NCBI GenBank assembly: GCA_946626215.1
Contig: CAMOUD010000001.1
Coordinates: 8,968 to 72,967 of the forward strand
Direction of reading: 5' to 3'
Source: an uncultured Lachnospiraceae bacterium
Lineage (GTDB): Bacteria > Bacillota > Clostridia > Lachnospirales > Lachnospiraceae
DNA length: 64,000 nucleotides
Part shown: positions 47,646 through 56,336 of the stretch, piece after piece
How positions within the stretch are numbered: position 1 is the first letter of the stretch
How the letters are laid out: the number at the start of each line of letters is the position of its first letter
Made by a program: the position numbers and the translations under genes
The notes under the pieces: model-generated
Database searches by the model: none
What the model saw: only the letters and a program-made list of their open reading frames with translations
What the model was told of the DNA's origin: nothing

Positions 47646-49511
47646 ATGGCATTAGATTACAGAAAATGCGCGCAGGAAATCTCCGATAATATCGGCGGCG
47701 GCGCAAACGTTGTATCTGCGGCCCATTGCGCGACCCGTCTTCGTCTTGTCATCGCTGACAACGCGAAGGTCAACAAGGAAGCGCTGGAGAACGTAGATGG
47801 CGTCAAGGGCATGTTCGAATCCAACGGACAGCTCCAGCTGATCATCGGCACCGGCACGGTCAACAAGGTCTATGACGAGTTCCTGGCCATCACCGGCGCG
47901 TCCGCGGCTTCCAAGGAAGACGTCAAGGCAGCGGCAGCAGCCAAGCAGCCCTGGTACATCCGTCTCCTGAAGCCCATCGGCGATGTATTCGTCCCGATCC
48001 TTCCCGCCATCGTCGCATCCGGTCTTATGATGGGTCTGGTCGAAGCGCTGGCTAAGATCCCCGGCCTCGGCTTCGGCGAAACCGACTGGTTCGCCTTCCT
48101 GGATATGTGCGCCAACACCGCATTCGCTTACCTGCCCGTTATCGTGGCGATCTCCGCGGCAAGAGTCTTCGGCGGCAACATCTTCCTGGGCGCCGTTATC
48201 GGTCTGATGATGATCCACTCCGCTCTGACCAACGGCTGGGCAGCCGCAGACGGCTATGATGTATGGTACCTGTTCGGCCACATCAAGATCACCGATTCCT
48301 ACACACTGGGCCAGATCAACCAGCTGGGTTATCAGGGCCACGTCATCCCCGTCATGCTGGCAGTCCTCTTCATGTCCAAGCTGGAGTCCTGGCTGCATAA
48401 GCATGTTCCGGAAATGATCGACCTCTTCGTGACTCCTCTGACCACCGTTCTGGTCACCGCTCTGGTCACCTTCACCATCATCGGCCCCATCTTCTCCACT
48501 CTGGAGACCATGGTCCTTGCCGGTGCTGAGAAGCTCGTTGCCAACCCCTTCGGCTCCTGCATCATGGGCGCTCTGTATCCCGCGACCGTCGTCATGGGCC
48601 TGCACCACATGTACAACGTTATCGAAGCCGGCATGCTGGCCTCCAAGGGCCTCAACACCTGGATGCCCATCGCTTCCGCCGCTAACTTCGCTCAGTTCGG
48701 CGCCTGCCTGGCAGTCGGTCTCAAGTGCAAGAACGCCAAGACCAAGTCCGTGGCCATTCCTTCTTCCATGTCCGCAGCTCTTGGTATCACCGAGCCCGCT
48801 ATCTTCGGTGTCAACATGCGCTTCTTCAAGCCCTTCGTTGCCGGTATGATCGGCGGCGCCGCAGGCGCTCTGGTCGCGGCGTTCATGGGCATCGGTGCAT
48901 CCGCTTACGGCGTTACCGGTATCCCCGGCTACCTGACCATCAACAACGCTCTGCTTTACACCATCGTTCTGGCCATCGCCGGCGGCATTGCTTTCGCCAT
49001 CACCACTGTGATCTGGCAGGAAGAAGAGCCTAAGAAGGCTGCTCCCGCTCCCGCTCCCGCAGTTGCTGCTCCCACCGCTGCTGTCATCAAGTGCGAAGCC
49101 GGCACGGTCATCGCTCCCGCGGTAGGCCAGGTCATCTCCAGAGAAGAGATTCCGGACGCTACCTTCGCAAGCGGCGTCCTGGGCGACGGCGTAGGCATCA
49201 ACCCCACCGAGGGCGTGATCTTCGCTCCCTTCGACGGCGAAGTCTCCTCTGTTGCTGAGTCCAGACATGCCATCGGCATCACGGGCCCTGGCGACATGGA
49301 AGTCCTGATCCACGTCGGCGTTGACACCGTAGCCATGAACGGCGACGGTTTCGCTCCCACAGTTGCTGAAGGCGACAAGGTCAAGGCCGGTCAGGTCATC
49401 ATGACCTTCGACAGAGCCAAGATCGCAAAGGCCAATCATCCGGACTGTGTCGTTGTCCTCCTGACCAACTCTGATGATTACAGCTCCGTTCAGACCGGCA
49501 ACGGCATCTGA
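47646..49511 (+). CDS. PTS EIIBCA component, sucrose/beta-glucoside (Glc-Scr) family
   Basis: EIIB motif AAHCATRLRL. Polytopic EIIC. Ala/Pro linker. EIIA-Glc domain with HAIGI and LIHVGVDTV. Confidence 0.85.
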   Translation: MALDYRKCAQEISDNIGGGANVVSAAHCATRLRLVIADNAKVNKEALENVDGVKGMFESNGQLQLIIGTGTVNKVYDEFLAITGASAASKEDVKAAAAAKQPWYIRLLKPIGDVFVPILPAIVASGLMMGLVEALAKIPGLGFGETDWFAFLDMCANTAFAYLPVIVAISAARVFGGNIFLGAVIGLMMIHSALTNGWAAADGYDVWYLFGHIKITDSYTLGQINQLGYQGHVIPVMLAVLFMSKLESWLHKHVPEMIDLFVTPLTTVLVTALVTFTIIGPIFSTLETMVLAGAEKLVANPFGSCIMGALYPATVVMGLHHMYNVIEAGMLASKGLNTWMPIASAANFAQFGACLAVGLKCKNAKTKSVAIPSSMSAALGITEPAIFGVNMRFFKPFVAGMIGGAAGALVAAFMGIGASAYGVTGIPGYLTINNALLYTIVLAIAGGIAFAITTVIWQEEEPKKAAPAPAPAVAAPTAAVIKCEAGTVIAPAVGQVISREEIPDATFASGVLGDGVGINPTEGVIFAPFDGEVSSVAESRHAIGITGPGDMEVLIHVGVDTVAMNGDGFAPTVAEGDKVKAGQVIMTFDRAKIAKANHPDCVVVLLTNSDDYSSVQTGNGI

Positions 49512-49560
49512 TTTCGGGCGCCAGTGGTGAAAATCACGGAAAATAAATAAAGAATAAACA

Positions 49561-49610
49561 AGCCCCGGCTGAAAAATGTATAACTTTTTTCAGCCGGGGC
49601 TCTGTTTTTT
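49561..49610 (+). terminator. Rho-independent terminator after the EIIBCA gene
   Basis: AGCCCCGGCTGAAAAA/TTTTTCAGCCGGGGCT stem followed by CTGTTTTTT. Confidence 0.85.
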
Positions 49611-49696
49611 GAGCAATTTGTAGTATAATATTCATGCATAACTGGCTTTATGTCAGTTGAACGGTCAGAAGGAAAAACCAGGTAAAGGAGAAAGAG

Positions 49697-49954
49697 ATGA
49701 AAGAGTTTACATTTACAGTTACAGATCCCCTCGGGATCCATGCCCGTCCCGCAGGCATCCTTGTAAAGGAAGCCAAGAAATTCGCCAGCAAGATCACCGT
49801 TTACAAGGGTGACAAGAGCTGCGACATGACCAAGCTCCTGGCTCTGATGGGCCTGGCTGTCAAGCAGAACGACACCATCACGGTCGTGGTCAACGGAGAT
49901 GATGAGGAAGCCTGCGCCGCAGCAGTCAAGGCTTTCCTGGAAGAGAATTTCTGA
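49697..49954 (+). CDS. ptsH: Phosphocarrier protein HPr (His15 present, residue 46 is Lys)
   Basis: 85 aa. LGIHARPAG places His at position 15. Residues 45-46 are T-K where canonical HPr has K-S. Confidence 0.9.
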   Translation: MKEFTFTVTDPLGIHARPAGILVKEAKKFASKITVYKGDKSCDMTKLLALMGLAVKQNDTITVVVNGDDEEACAAAVKAFLEENF

Positions 49955-50014
49955 GCATCCGCGGAATGAACAGGAACTGAAACAGCATAAACAAGTTAAG
50001 GAGGATTACGAACC

Positions 50015-51655
50015 ATGCTGGTAGGAAATGGTAAAAGTATCGTTAACGGCATCGCCATCGGCAAGATCAAGATCTACAGGGAGCCTGAGAGAAAGATCAA
50101 CGAAGGCATCATCGATGACCCCGCCGCTGAAGTAGCCCGTTATGAGGCTGCTGTCGAAAAGGCCATCGCTCAGCAGAATGCCCTCTATGAGAAGGCAGTC
50201 GTGGAAGCCGGCAAGGACATCGCGGAAGTATTCCTGGTACACGCCATGATGCTCGAAGATGACGACATGAATGATTCCACCAAGGAGATCATCACCGGCC
50301 AGAAGCGCAGCGCTGAGTACGCCGTTCAGGTGGGCTACGCCAACTACGCGCAGATGTTCGCCGATATGGACGACCCTTATATGAAGGCCCGCGCGGCTGA
50401 TATCCTGGATATCCAGGGCATGGTCCTTGACAACCTGCTCGGCCTTGACAGCTCTTCCCTGCAGGGCACAGAGCCCGCCATCCTGGTCGCGGAAGACTTC
50501 GCTCCTTCCCAGACCGTCAAGCTGGACAAGTCCCTTCTGCTGGGCATGATCACCATCGAAGGCTCCGCCAACAGCCATACCGCCATTCTGGCAAGATCCA
50601 TGAACATCCCTGCTCTGATGCAGTGCAAGGAAGTGGATGACAGCTGGGACGGCAAGGACGCCATCATCGACGGCAAGAACGGCGTGGTCTACATCGAGCC
50701 CGATGCCGACCTGCGCGCGGCCCTGACCAAGAGACAGCAGGAAGACAAGGCCAAGGAAGCTCTTCTTCAGGAGCTCAAGGGCAAGCCTTCCGTGACCATC
50801 GACGGCTATAAGGTCCGTCTGTACGCCAACATCGGCGGCCCCTCCGACGTGGGCGCTGTCGTTGCCAACGACGCTGAAGGCGTAGGCCTCTTCCGTTCCG
50901 AGTTCGTGTACCTGAACGCCAAGGAAGAGCCCGGTGAGGAAGAGCAGTTCAACGCTTACAAGCGCGTGCTCGAGTCCCTGGCTCCCAGGCTTGTCGTTAT
51001 CCGTACCTGCGATATCGGCGCTGACAAGACCATCGACTACATGAATCTGGACAAGGAAGAGAACCCGGCTCTGGGCTATCGCGCCATCCGGATCTGCCTG
51101 ACCAGAAAGCCTTTCTTCAAGACTCAGCTGCGCGCCCTGCTGCGTGCTTCCGCATACGGCAACCTGGGCATCATGTTCCCCATGATCATCTCTGTCGCCG
51201 AAGTTCGCGAGTGCAAGGAGATCCTGGAGGAGTGCCGTCAGGAGCTGCTTAAGGAAGGCTACAAGGTAGCGGACGACATCGAGATCGGCATCATGGTCGA
51301 GACTCCCGCCGCTGTCTTCTGCGCGGACGAGCTGGCACAGGAGGTCGACTTCTTCTCCCTGGGCACCAACGACCTGACCCAGTACACCTGCGCGATCGAC
51401 CGTCAGAACGCGAAGCTGGAGCCCTTCTCCGATACACACCATCCCGCGGTCCTGAAGGCCATCAAGATGACCGTCGAAGCCGGCCACAGGCATGGCTGCT
51501 GGGTAGGCATCTGCGGCGAGCTGGGCGCAGATCCCACTCTGACCAAAGAATTCATCAAGTACGGCGTAGATGAGCTTTCCGTCAACGCGAAGAGCATCCT
51601 CGGCCTCAGAAAGGCCATCCGCGCCATCAACAGAAAAGAGCTTCTCGGCGCATAA
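50015..51655 (+). CDS. ptsI: Phosphoenolpyruvate-protein phosphotransferase (Enzyme I)
   Basis: 546 aa. Phospho-His region GSANSHTAILARSM. PEP-utilizer C-terminal block GTNDLTQY and CGELG. Confidence 0.95.
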   Translation: MLVGNGKSIVNGIAIGKIKIYREPERKINEGIIDDPAAEVARYEAAVEKAIAQQNALYEKAVVEAGKDIAEVFLVHAMMLEDDDMNDSTKEIITGQKRSAEYAVQVGYANYAQMFADMDDPYMKARAADILDIQGMVLDNLLGLDSSSLQGTEPAILVAEDFAPSQTVKLDKSLLLGMITIEGSANSHTAILARSMNIPALMQCKEVDDSWDGKDAIIDGKNGVVYIEPDADLRAALTKRQQEDKAKEALLQELKGKPSVTIDGYKVRLYANIGGPSDVGAVVANDAEGVGLFRSEFVYLNAKEEPGEEEQFNAYKRVLESLAPRLVVIRTCDIGADKTIDYMNLDKEENPALGYRAIRICLTRKPFFKTQLRALLRASAYGNLGIMFPMIISVAEVRECKEILEECRQELLKEGYKVADDIEIGIMVETPAAVFCADELAQEVDFFSLGTNDLTQYTCAIDRQNAKLEPFSDTHHPAVLKAIKMTVEAGHRHGCWVGICGELGADPTLTKEFIKYGVDELSVNAKSILGLRKAIRAINRKELLGA

Positions 51656-51689
51656 ACCGAATATCCGCGGCATGAGCCGCGCATGAGAA

Positions 51690-51726
51690 AGGCCCGCCCT
51701 TCCGGTCCGGAGGGGCGGGCTTTTTG
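51690..51726. terminator. Hairpin between convergent ptsI and murG (possibly bidirectional)
   Basis: GGCCCGCCCT...AGGGGCGGGC stem followed by TTTTT on the plus strand. A/G-rich tract on the other side. Confidence 0.7.
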
Positions 51727-51775
51727 AATCGTCTGAGAGAAAGGAAACGGCTGAAGGGAGCGGGGGCCCCGTTCC

Positions 51776-52843
51776 TTATTTCTCCACGGACCGGATCAGG
51801 TCCAGGATCATAGGGATGGCCTCGGACTGGCTGCTTTTCTCCATGGCGCTGATGTAGGAGGCCCTGTCTTCGTATACGCGGCGGACGGTCTCCTCGATTT
51901 TCTGATCCAGGTCATCGTTGGGGACCACCTCGCTGTAGCCCCTTTCCCTGAAGGAAGCGGCGTTCAGGATCTGGTCGCCCCGGGTCCCCGAGGAAAGGGG
52001 GACCAGGATGTTGGGGATCCGGAGGGCCAGGATCTCGCAGATGGCGTTGGCGCCGGACCGGGAGATGATGAGGTCGGCGGCGGCGAAGATGTGGCGCAGG
52101 TCGTCCCGGACATACTCGAACTGGCGGTAGCCCTCCTTCCCCTCCAGAGCCGGGTCCAGATGGCCCTGGCCGCAGAGATGGACGATCTGGAAGTCCTTAA
52201 GGAGGGCGTCCAGGTGGTTCCGGACCGCCTTGTTGACGTCCGCCGCTCCCTGGCTTCCGCCCATGATCATGAGGACGGGCTTTTCATCGGTAAAGCCGCA
52301 GAGGGAAAGGCCCTTTGCCTTTTCCCCCGTAAAGAGGACGTCCCGGATGGGGGTCCCCGTCAGGACGGCCTTGTCCGCGGGAAGGGTCTTCATGGTCTCG
52401 GGGAAGTTGCAGCAGATCTTGGCGGCGGCCCCGTAGCAGAGCTTGTTGGCCAGGCCCGGGGTCATGTCCGACTCGTGGATGACGCAGGGGATGCCCAGGG
52501 TCCAGGCCGCCCGGACCACGGGAACGCTGACAAAGCCGCCCTTGGAAAAGACGGCGCAGGGGCGGAGCTTTTTCAGGGCCCTTCTGGCTTCGAAGAATCC
52601 GCCGGCCACCCGGAAGGGATCGGTGAAGTTCTTGAGGTCAAAATAGCGGCGGAGCTTGCCGGTGGAGATGGCCGTATAGGAGATGGGATAATCCGAGAGG
52701 AGCTTTCTCTCGATCCCCTTTTTGGAACCGAAATAGCAGACCCGGTAGCCTGCCTCCTCCAGGTAGGGCAGGAGGGCCAGGTTGGGCGTGACATGACCGG
52801 CTGTTCCGCCGCCGGTCAGGACGATGGTCTTATTCTGAGGCAT
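51776..52843 (-). CDS. murG: UDP-GlcNAc:lipid I N-acetylglucosaminyltransferase MurG
   Basis: 355 aa. N-terminal LTGGGTAGHVTP and the C-terminal GT28 domain. Confidence 0.9.
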   Translation of the reverse strand: MPQNKTIVLTGGGTAGHVTPNLALLPYLEEAGYRVCYFGSKKGIERKLLSDYPISYTAISTGKLRRYFDLKNFTDPFRVAGGFFEARRALKKLRPCAVFSKGGFVSVPVVRAAWTLGIPCVIHESDMTPGLANKLCYGAAAKICCNFPETMKTLPADKAVLTGTPIRDVLFTGEKAKGLSLCGFTDEKPVLMIMGGSQGAADVNKAVRNHLDALLKDFQIVHLCGQGHLDPALEGKEGYRQFEYVRDDLRHIFAAADLIISRSGANAICEILALRIPNILVPLSSGTRGDQILNAASFRERGYSEVVPNDDLDQKIEETVRRVYEDRASYISAMEKSSQSEAIPMILDLIRSVEK

Positions 52844-53056
52844 GGGATATTTCCCCCTTCCATGTTGCGGATCTTAGTGGTCGGATGCCTGTATGGCCCT
52901 TTTATTATACTCTTCCGGGAGGGGGCATGAAAAGGGGCTTTGGGAGAGAGGCCGGCTCCCGGATCTTTTCCGGCCGCGGGGAGCCCGGCTGAAGAAGCAG
53001 CCAATAAAAGGAAGGGAAAAGTCAACAAAGGAACCGATGAAGGCGGGGCCGGATTC

Positions 53057-53065
53057 TGGTATAAT
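53057..53065 (+). promoter_or_regulatory. Extended -10 element upstream of pyk
   Basis: TGGTATAAT (TATAAT at 53060-53065). No good -35. Confidence 0.45.
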
Positions 53066-53129
53066 GACCGCGAAGAGACAAGCTTACGGAGAGCCGCCTC
53101 CGGGCGGCGGAAGGAAAAGAGGTAGAGGT

Positions 53130-54548
53130 ATGAGAAAGACTAAGATCATCTGCACCATCGGACCTGCCAGCGAGAGCGAGGAGATGATGCGGGAACTCAT
53201 CAAGGCCGGCATGAACGTGGCCCGGTTCAACTTTTCCCATGGGACCCATGAGGAGCATGAGAAAAAGTTCAAAAGGCTCGTCCGGATCCGCAAGGAGATG
53301 CAGGTGCCGGTAGCGGCCCTCCTGGACACCAAGGGCCCCGAGATCCGTCTGCGCGATTTCGAAGGCGGCAAGGTCATGCTGACCAAGGGCGATACCTTTA
53401 CCCTGACGACGGAAGAGGTCCTGGGCACGGCCGAAAGGGCTTCCGTGACTTACGCGGGCCTGCCCGATGATGTCAAGGAAGGCGGCAGCATCCTGATCGA
53501 CGACGGCCTGATCGAGCTCAGGGTCGACGCCATCCAGGGACAGGATATCATCTGCACCGTCATCAACGGCGGCCCGGTCTCCAATCACAAGGGCGTCAAC
53601 GTGCCCGGCGCGGACCTGACCATGCCCTTCATCAGCCGGCAGGACAGGGACGACATCGAGTTCGGCTGCCGCATGGGCTTTAACTTCATCGCGGCTTCCT
53701 TTACCAGGACCGCCCAGGATATCCGGGACATCCGGGCCATTCTGGACGCCCATGGCAGCAAGATGCAGATCATTGCCAAGATCGAGTCCGTCCAGGGCAT
53801 CCGGAACATGGAAGAGATCCTGGAGGAGGCGGACGGCGTCATGGTGGCCAGAGGCGACCTGGGCGTGGAGATCCCCCTGGAGGACGTCCCGGTCTACCAG
53901 AAGAAGATCATCCGCATGGCCGAGCAGAGAGGCCGCCACGTCATTACGGCGACCCAGATGCTGGATTCCATGATGCACAACCCCAGGCCCACCAGAGCGG
54001 AGGCTACGGACGTGGCCAACGCCATCTATGACGGCACCACCGCCATCATGCTCTCCGGCGAGACGGCCGCCGGCGCCTATCCCCTGGAGGCGGTCAGGAC
54101 CATGAGCCGGATCGCGGAAGCGGCGGAAAAGGATATCAACTACTCCGAGAGGCTCAAGACCCACGGCGCCACCATCGGCCGGGCTTCCGTTACCACCGCC
54201 ATATCCCACGCTTCCTGCACCATCGCGGACGACATCAAGGCGGCAGCCATCATCACCGTGACCATGAGCGGCTATACGGCCGGCAAGCTGGCCCGCTATA
54301 AGCCCGCCGCCCCCATCATCGCCTGCACCACCGCCACCTGGGCCTGCTGCCAGATGAACCTGCTCCACGGCGTGACGCCCGTGGTCATCGGCGTGGAAGA
54401 GACCGAGGACCTCCTCTTTGACTCCGCCGTGGAAGCGGCCAAGAGGACCGGCCTTGTCAAGACCGGCGACAACATCGTCATGGTCTGCGGCCTGCCTCTG
54501 GGCAAGTCCGGCACCACCAACTCCACCAGGGTCATCAACGTCTGGTAA
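53130..54548 (+). CDS. pyk: Pyruvate kinase
   Basis: 472 aa. MRKTKIICTIGPAS, MVARGDLGVEIP. Start at ATG 53130, because the ORF-track start at 52893 adds a non-homologous extension. Confidence 0.95.
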   Translation: MRKTKIICTIGPASESEEMMRELIKAGMNVARFNFSHGTHEEHEKKFKRLVRIRKEMQVPVAALLDTKGPEIRLRDFEGGKVMLTKGDTFTLTTEEVLGTAERASVTYAGLPDDVKEGGSILIDDGLIELRVDAIQGQDIICTVINGGPVSNHKGVNVPGADLTMPFISRQDRDDIEFGCRMGFNFIAASFTRTAQDIRDIRAILDAHGSKMQIIAKIESVQGIRNMEEILEEADGVMVARGDLGVEIPLEDVPVYQKKIIRMAEQRGRHVITATQMLDSMMHNPRPTRAEATDVANAIYDGTTAIMLSGETAAGAYPLEAVRTMSRIAEAAEKDINYSERLKTHGATIGRASVTTAISHASCTIADDIKAAAIITVTMSGYTAGKLARYKPAAPIIACTTATWACCQMNLLHGVTPVVIGVEETEDLLFDSAVEAAKRTGLVKTGDNIVMVCGLPLGKSGTTNSTRVINVW

Positions 54549-54554
54549 GCCTCG

Positions 54555-54584
54555 TTGCAAAGCCATCCCTTTTCCATGTATAAT
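54555..54584 (+). promoter_or_regulatory. Sigma-A-type promoter ahead of the gmk-like/holB cluster
   Basis: TTGCAA (54555-54560), 18-nt spacer, TATAAT (54579-54584). Confidence 0.55.
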
Positions 54585-54619
54585 GAGCATGCTGACAGAT
54601 CTGAGAAAGGCATGCCTTT

Positions 54620-55207
54620 ATGAATCATATTTTCTGTATCATAGGTAAAAGTGCATCCGGAAAGGATTCCGTCTATCGGCAGCTGCTGGCAGACGGGATC
54701 CTTTCCCTTTCCTCCATCATTTCCTATACCACCCGGCCCATCCGGGAGGGGGAAAAGGAGGGCGTGGAATATCATTTCCGGTCCAGGCAGGACTATGAGG
54801 CGGCCCTGGCGGCCGGCCGGGTCCTGGAATGGCGCAGGTATGAAACGGCTTTCGGTCCCTGGTTCTATTACACCATGGACGACGGCCAGATCGACCTATC
54901 CGCGTCCGGCTACCTGGTCATCGCCACCCTGGAATCCTATATGTCCTTCCGGGACAGGTTCGGCGCGGACGCTGTCGTCCCTCTCTATATAGAGGTGGAG
55001 GACGGGGAACGGCTCCAGCGGGCCCTGGACAGGGAGAGAAGGGAAAAGGAGCCCCGCTACGAGGAGCTCTGCCGGAGGTTCCTGGCGGACTGCCGGGACT
55101 TTTCCGAAGAAAAGCTGGACCTGGCCGGGATCCGGACCAGGTTCTCCAACCTGGACCTGGACAGGTGCCTGGAGGAGGTCCGGGACTATATCAGGGGGTA
55201 TGACTGA
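54620..55207 (+). CDS. Guanylate-kinase-fold protein (divergent paralogue)
   Basis: 195 aa. P-loop GKSASGKDS and SYTTRPIREGEKEGVEYHF resemble Gmk. The central YGT block is not conserved. Confidence 0.55.
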   Translation: MNHIFCIIGKSASGKDSVYRQLLADGILSLSSIISYTTRPIREGEKEGVEYHFRSRQDYEAALAAGRVLEWRRYETAFGPWFYYTMDDGQIDLSASGYLVIATLESYMSFRDRFGADAVVPLYIEVEDGERLQRALDRERREKEPRYEELCRRFLADCRDFSEEKLDLAGIRTRFSNLDLDRCLEEVRDYIRGYD

Positions 55208-56233
55208 TTGTACCGCTTTCATGACATTGCCGGAGAGGACGGCATCATAGCCCATATGCAGAACGCCCTGCGGACAGGGCGCCTTTCCCACGCCTATATC
55301 CTGAACGGGAGCCGGGGGGCCGGGAAAAGGACCCTGGCCAGGACCTTTGCCGCCGCCATAGAGTGCGAGAGCCCGGTGGAGGAGGACGGCCTGATCGAGC
55401 CCTGCGGGCTCTGCCGGTCCTGCCTCCAGATCCAGTCCGGGAACCAGCCCGACGTCCAGGTCTGGCCCCGGGAAAAGCCTCCCAGATACTCGGTCAAGGA
55501 CATCCGGTCCTTCCGGCCGGATACGGCGATCCGGCCCTACGCCTCTCCCCGCAAGATCTATATCCTGGAGGACGCCCATAACCTGGGCGTCCAGGCCCAG
55601 AACGCCCTTCTGAAGACCCTGGAGGAGCCGCCCTCCTACGCGGTCTTTCTTCTGCTGTCGGAAAGCATCGACAACTTCCTGCCCACGGTCCTGTCCCGCT
55701 GCGTGGTGATCCAGGTCAGGCCTGTGGCGGAAACGGAAGCCGCGGCCTGGCTCACGGAGAACCGGCAGATCCCGGCCCCCCGGGCCCGGCTCCTGGCCCG
55801 CTTCTCCGGAGGCTCCATCGGCAAGGCCCTGCTCCTTTCGGAGGATGAGGTCTTTCCGGAGATCCGGGAGAAGACCCTGGCCCTGCTCAGGCAGATCCCG
55901 GACCTGGACGCCTCGGCCCTCAGGCGGGCAGCGGAGGACCTTTCCGGCCAGGACCGGATGGAGGAGGTCATGGACCTGATCCTGACCTGGCTCCGGGACG
56001 TCCTGGTCTTCAAGAACACCGGGACAGGCCGGGGGTTGATTTTTGAAGAAGAAGTACAGTATATTAGGTACATTGCCGAAAGGCTCTCCTATGCCGGGGC
56101 CGGCCGGGTCCTGGAGGCGGCGGAGACGGCGGCAAGAAGGCGGAGCGCGGGCGTGAACAGTACCCTGACCATGGAGATGCTGCTCCTTTCCATCCGCCGC
56201 GCCTGCGTCCGGAGAAAGGACGCGGGAAACTGA
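55208..56233 (+). CDS. holB: DNA polymerase III subunit delta'
   Basis: 341 aa. TTG start abutting the upstream stop. LSHAYILNGSRGAGKRTLA, zinc-module-like CGLCRSC, LLKTLEEPP. Confidence 0.8.
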   Translation: MYRFHDIAGEDGIIAHMQNALRTGRLSHAYILNGSRGAGKRTLARTFAAAIECESPVEEDGLIEPCGLCRSCLQIQSGNQPDVQVWPREKPPRYSVKDIRSFRPDTAIRPYASPRKIYILEDAHNLGVQAQNALLKTLEEPPSYAVFLLLSESIDNFLPTVLSRCVVIQVRPVAETEAAAWLTENRQIPAPRARLLARFSGGSIGKALLLSEDEVFPEIREKTLALLRQIPDLDASALRRAAEDLSGQDRMEEVMDLILTWLRDVLVFKNTGTGRGLIFEEEVQYIRYIAERLSYAGAGRVLEAAETAARRRSAGVNSTLTMEMLLLSIRRACVRRKDAGN

Positions 56234-56282
56234 GAGCCGTCTGAGACTGGCTCCCTCCCGGGACCGACTCCTCCGGGAGAGG

Positions 56283-56336
56283 GAGAGATACGAAGCATAT
56301 CCGGATTCATATATATTAGAGAGATACGCAGCATAT
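56283..56336 (+). repeat. 18-nt direct repeat at the ricT start
   Basis: GAGAGATACGAAGCATAT (56283-56300) and GAGAGATACGCAGCATAT (56319-56336) share 17 of 18 nt. The second copy contains the first two bases of the ATG. Confidence 0.8.

Noticed and set aside
47646-51655. The PTS/HPr/EI block as a horizontally acquired island, because of lower GC3 and different Arg codons.
   Set aside because: The same codon dialect appears in dispersed high-expression genes (hup, fba, the MsmX-like gene). There are no mobility genes or boundary repeats. Expression-linked codon bias is the simpler explanation.
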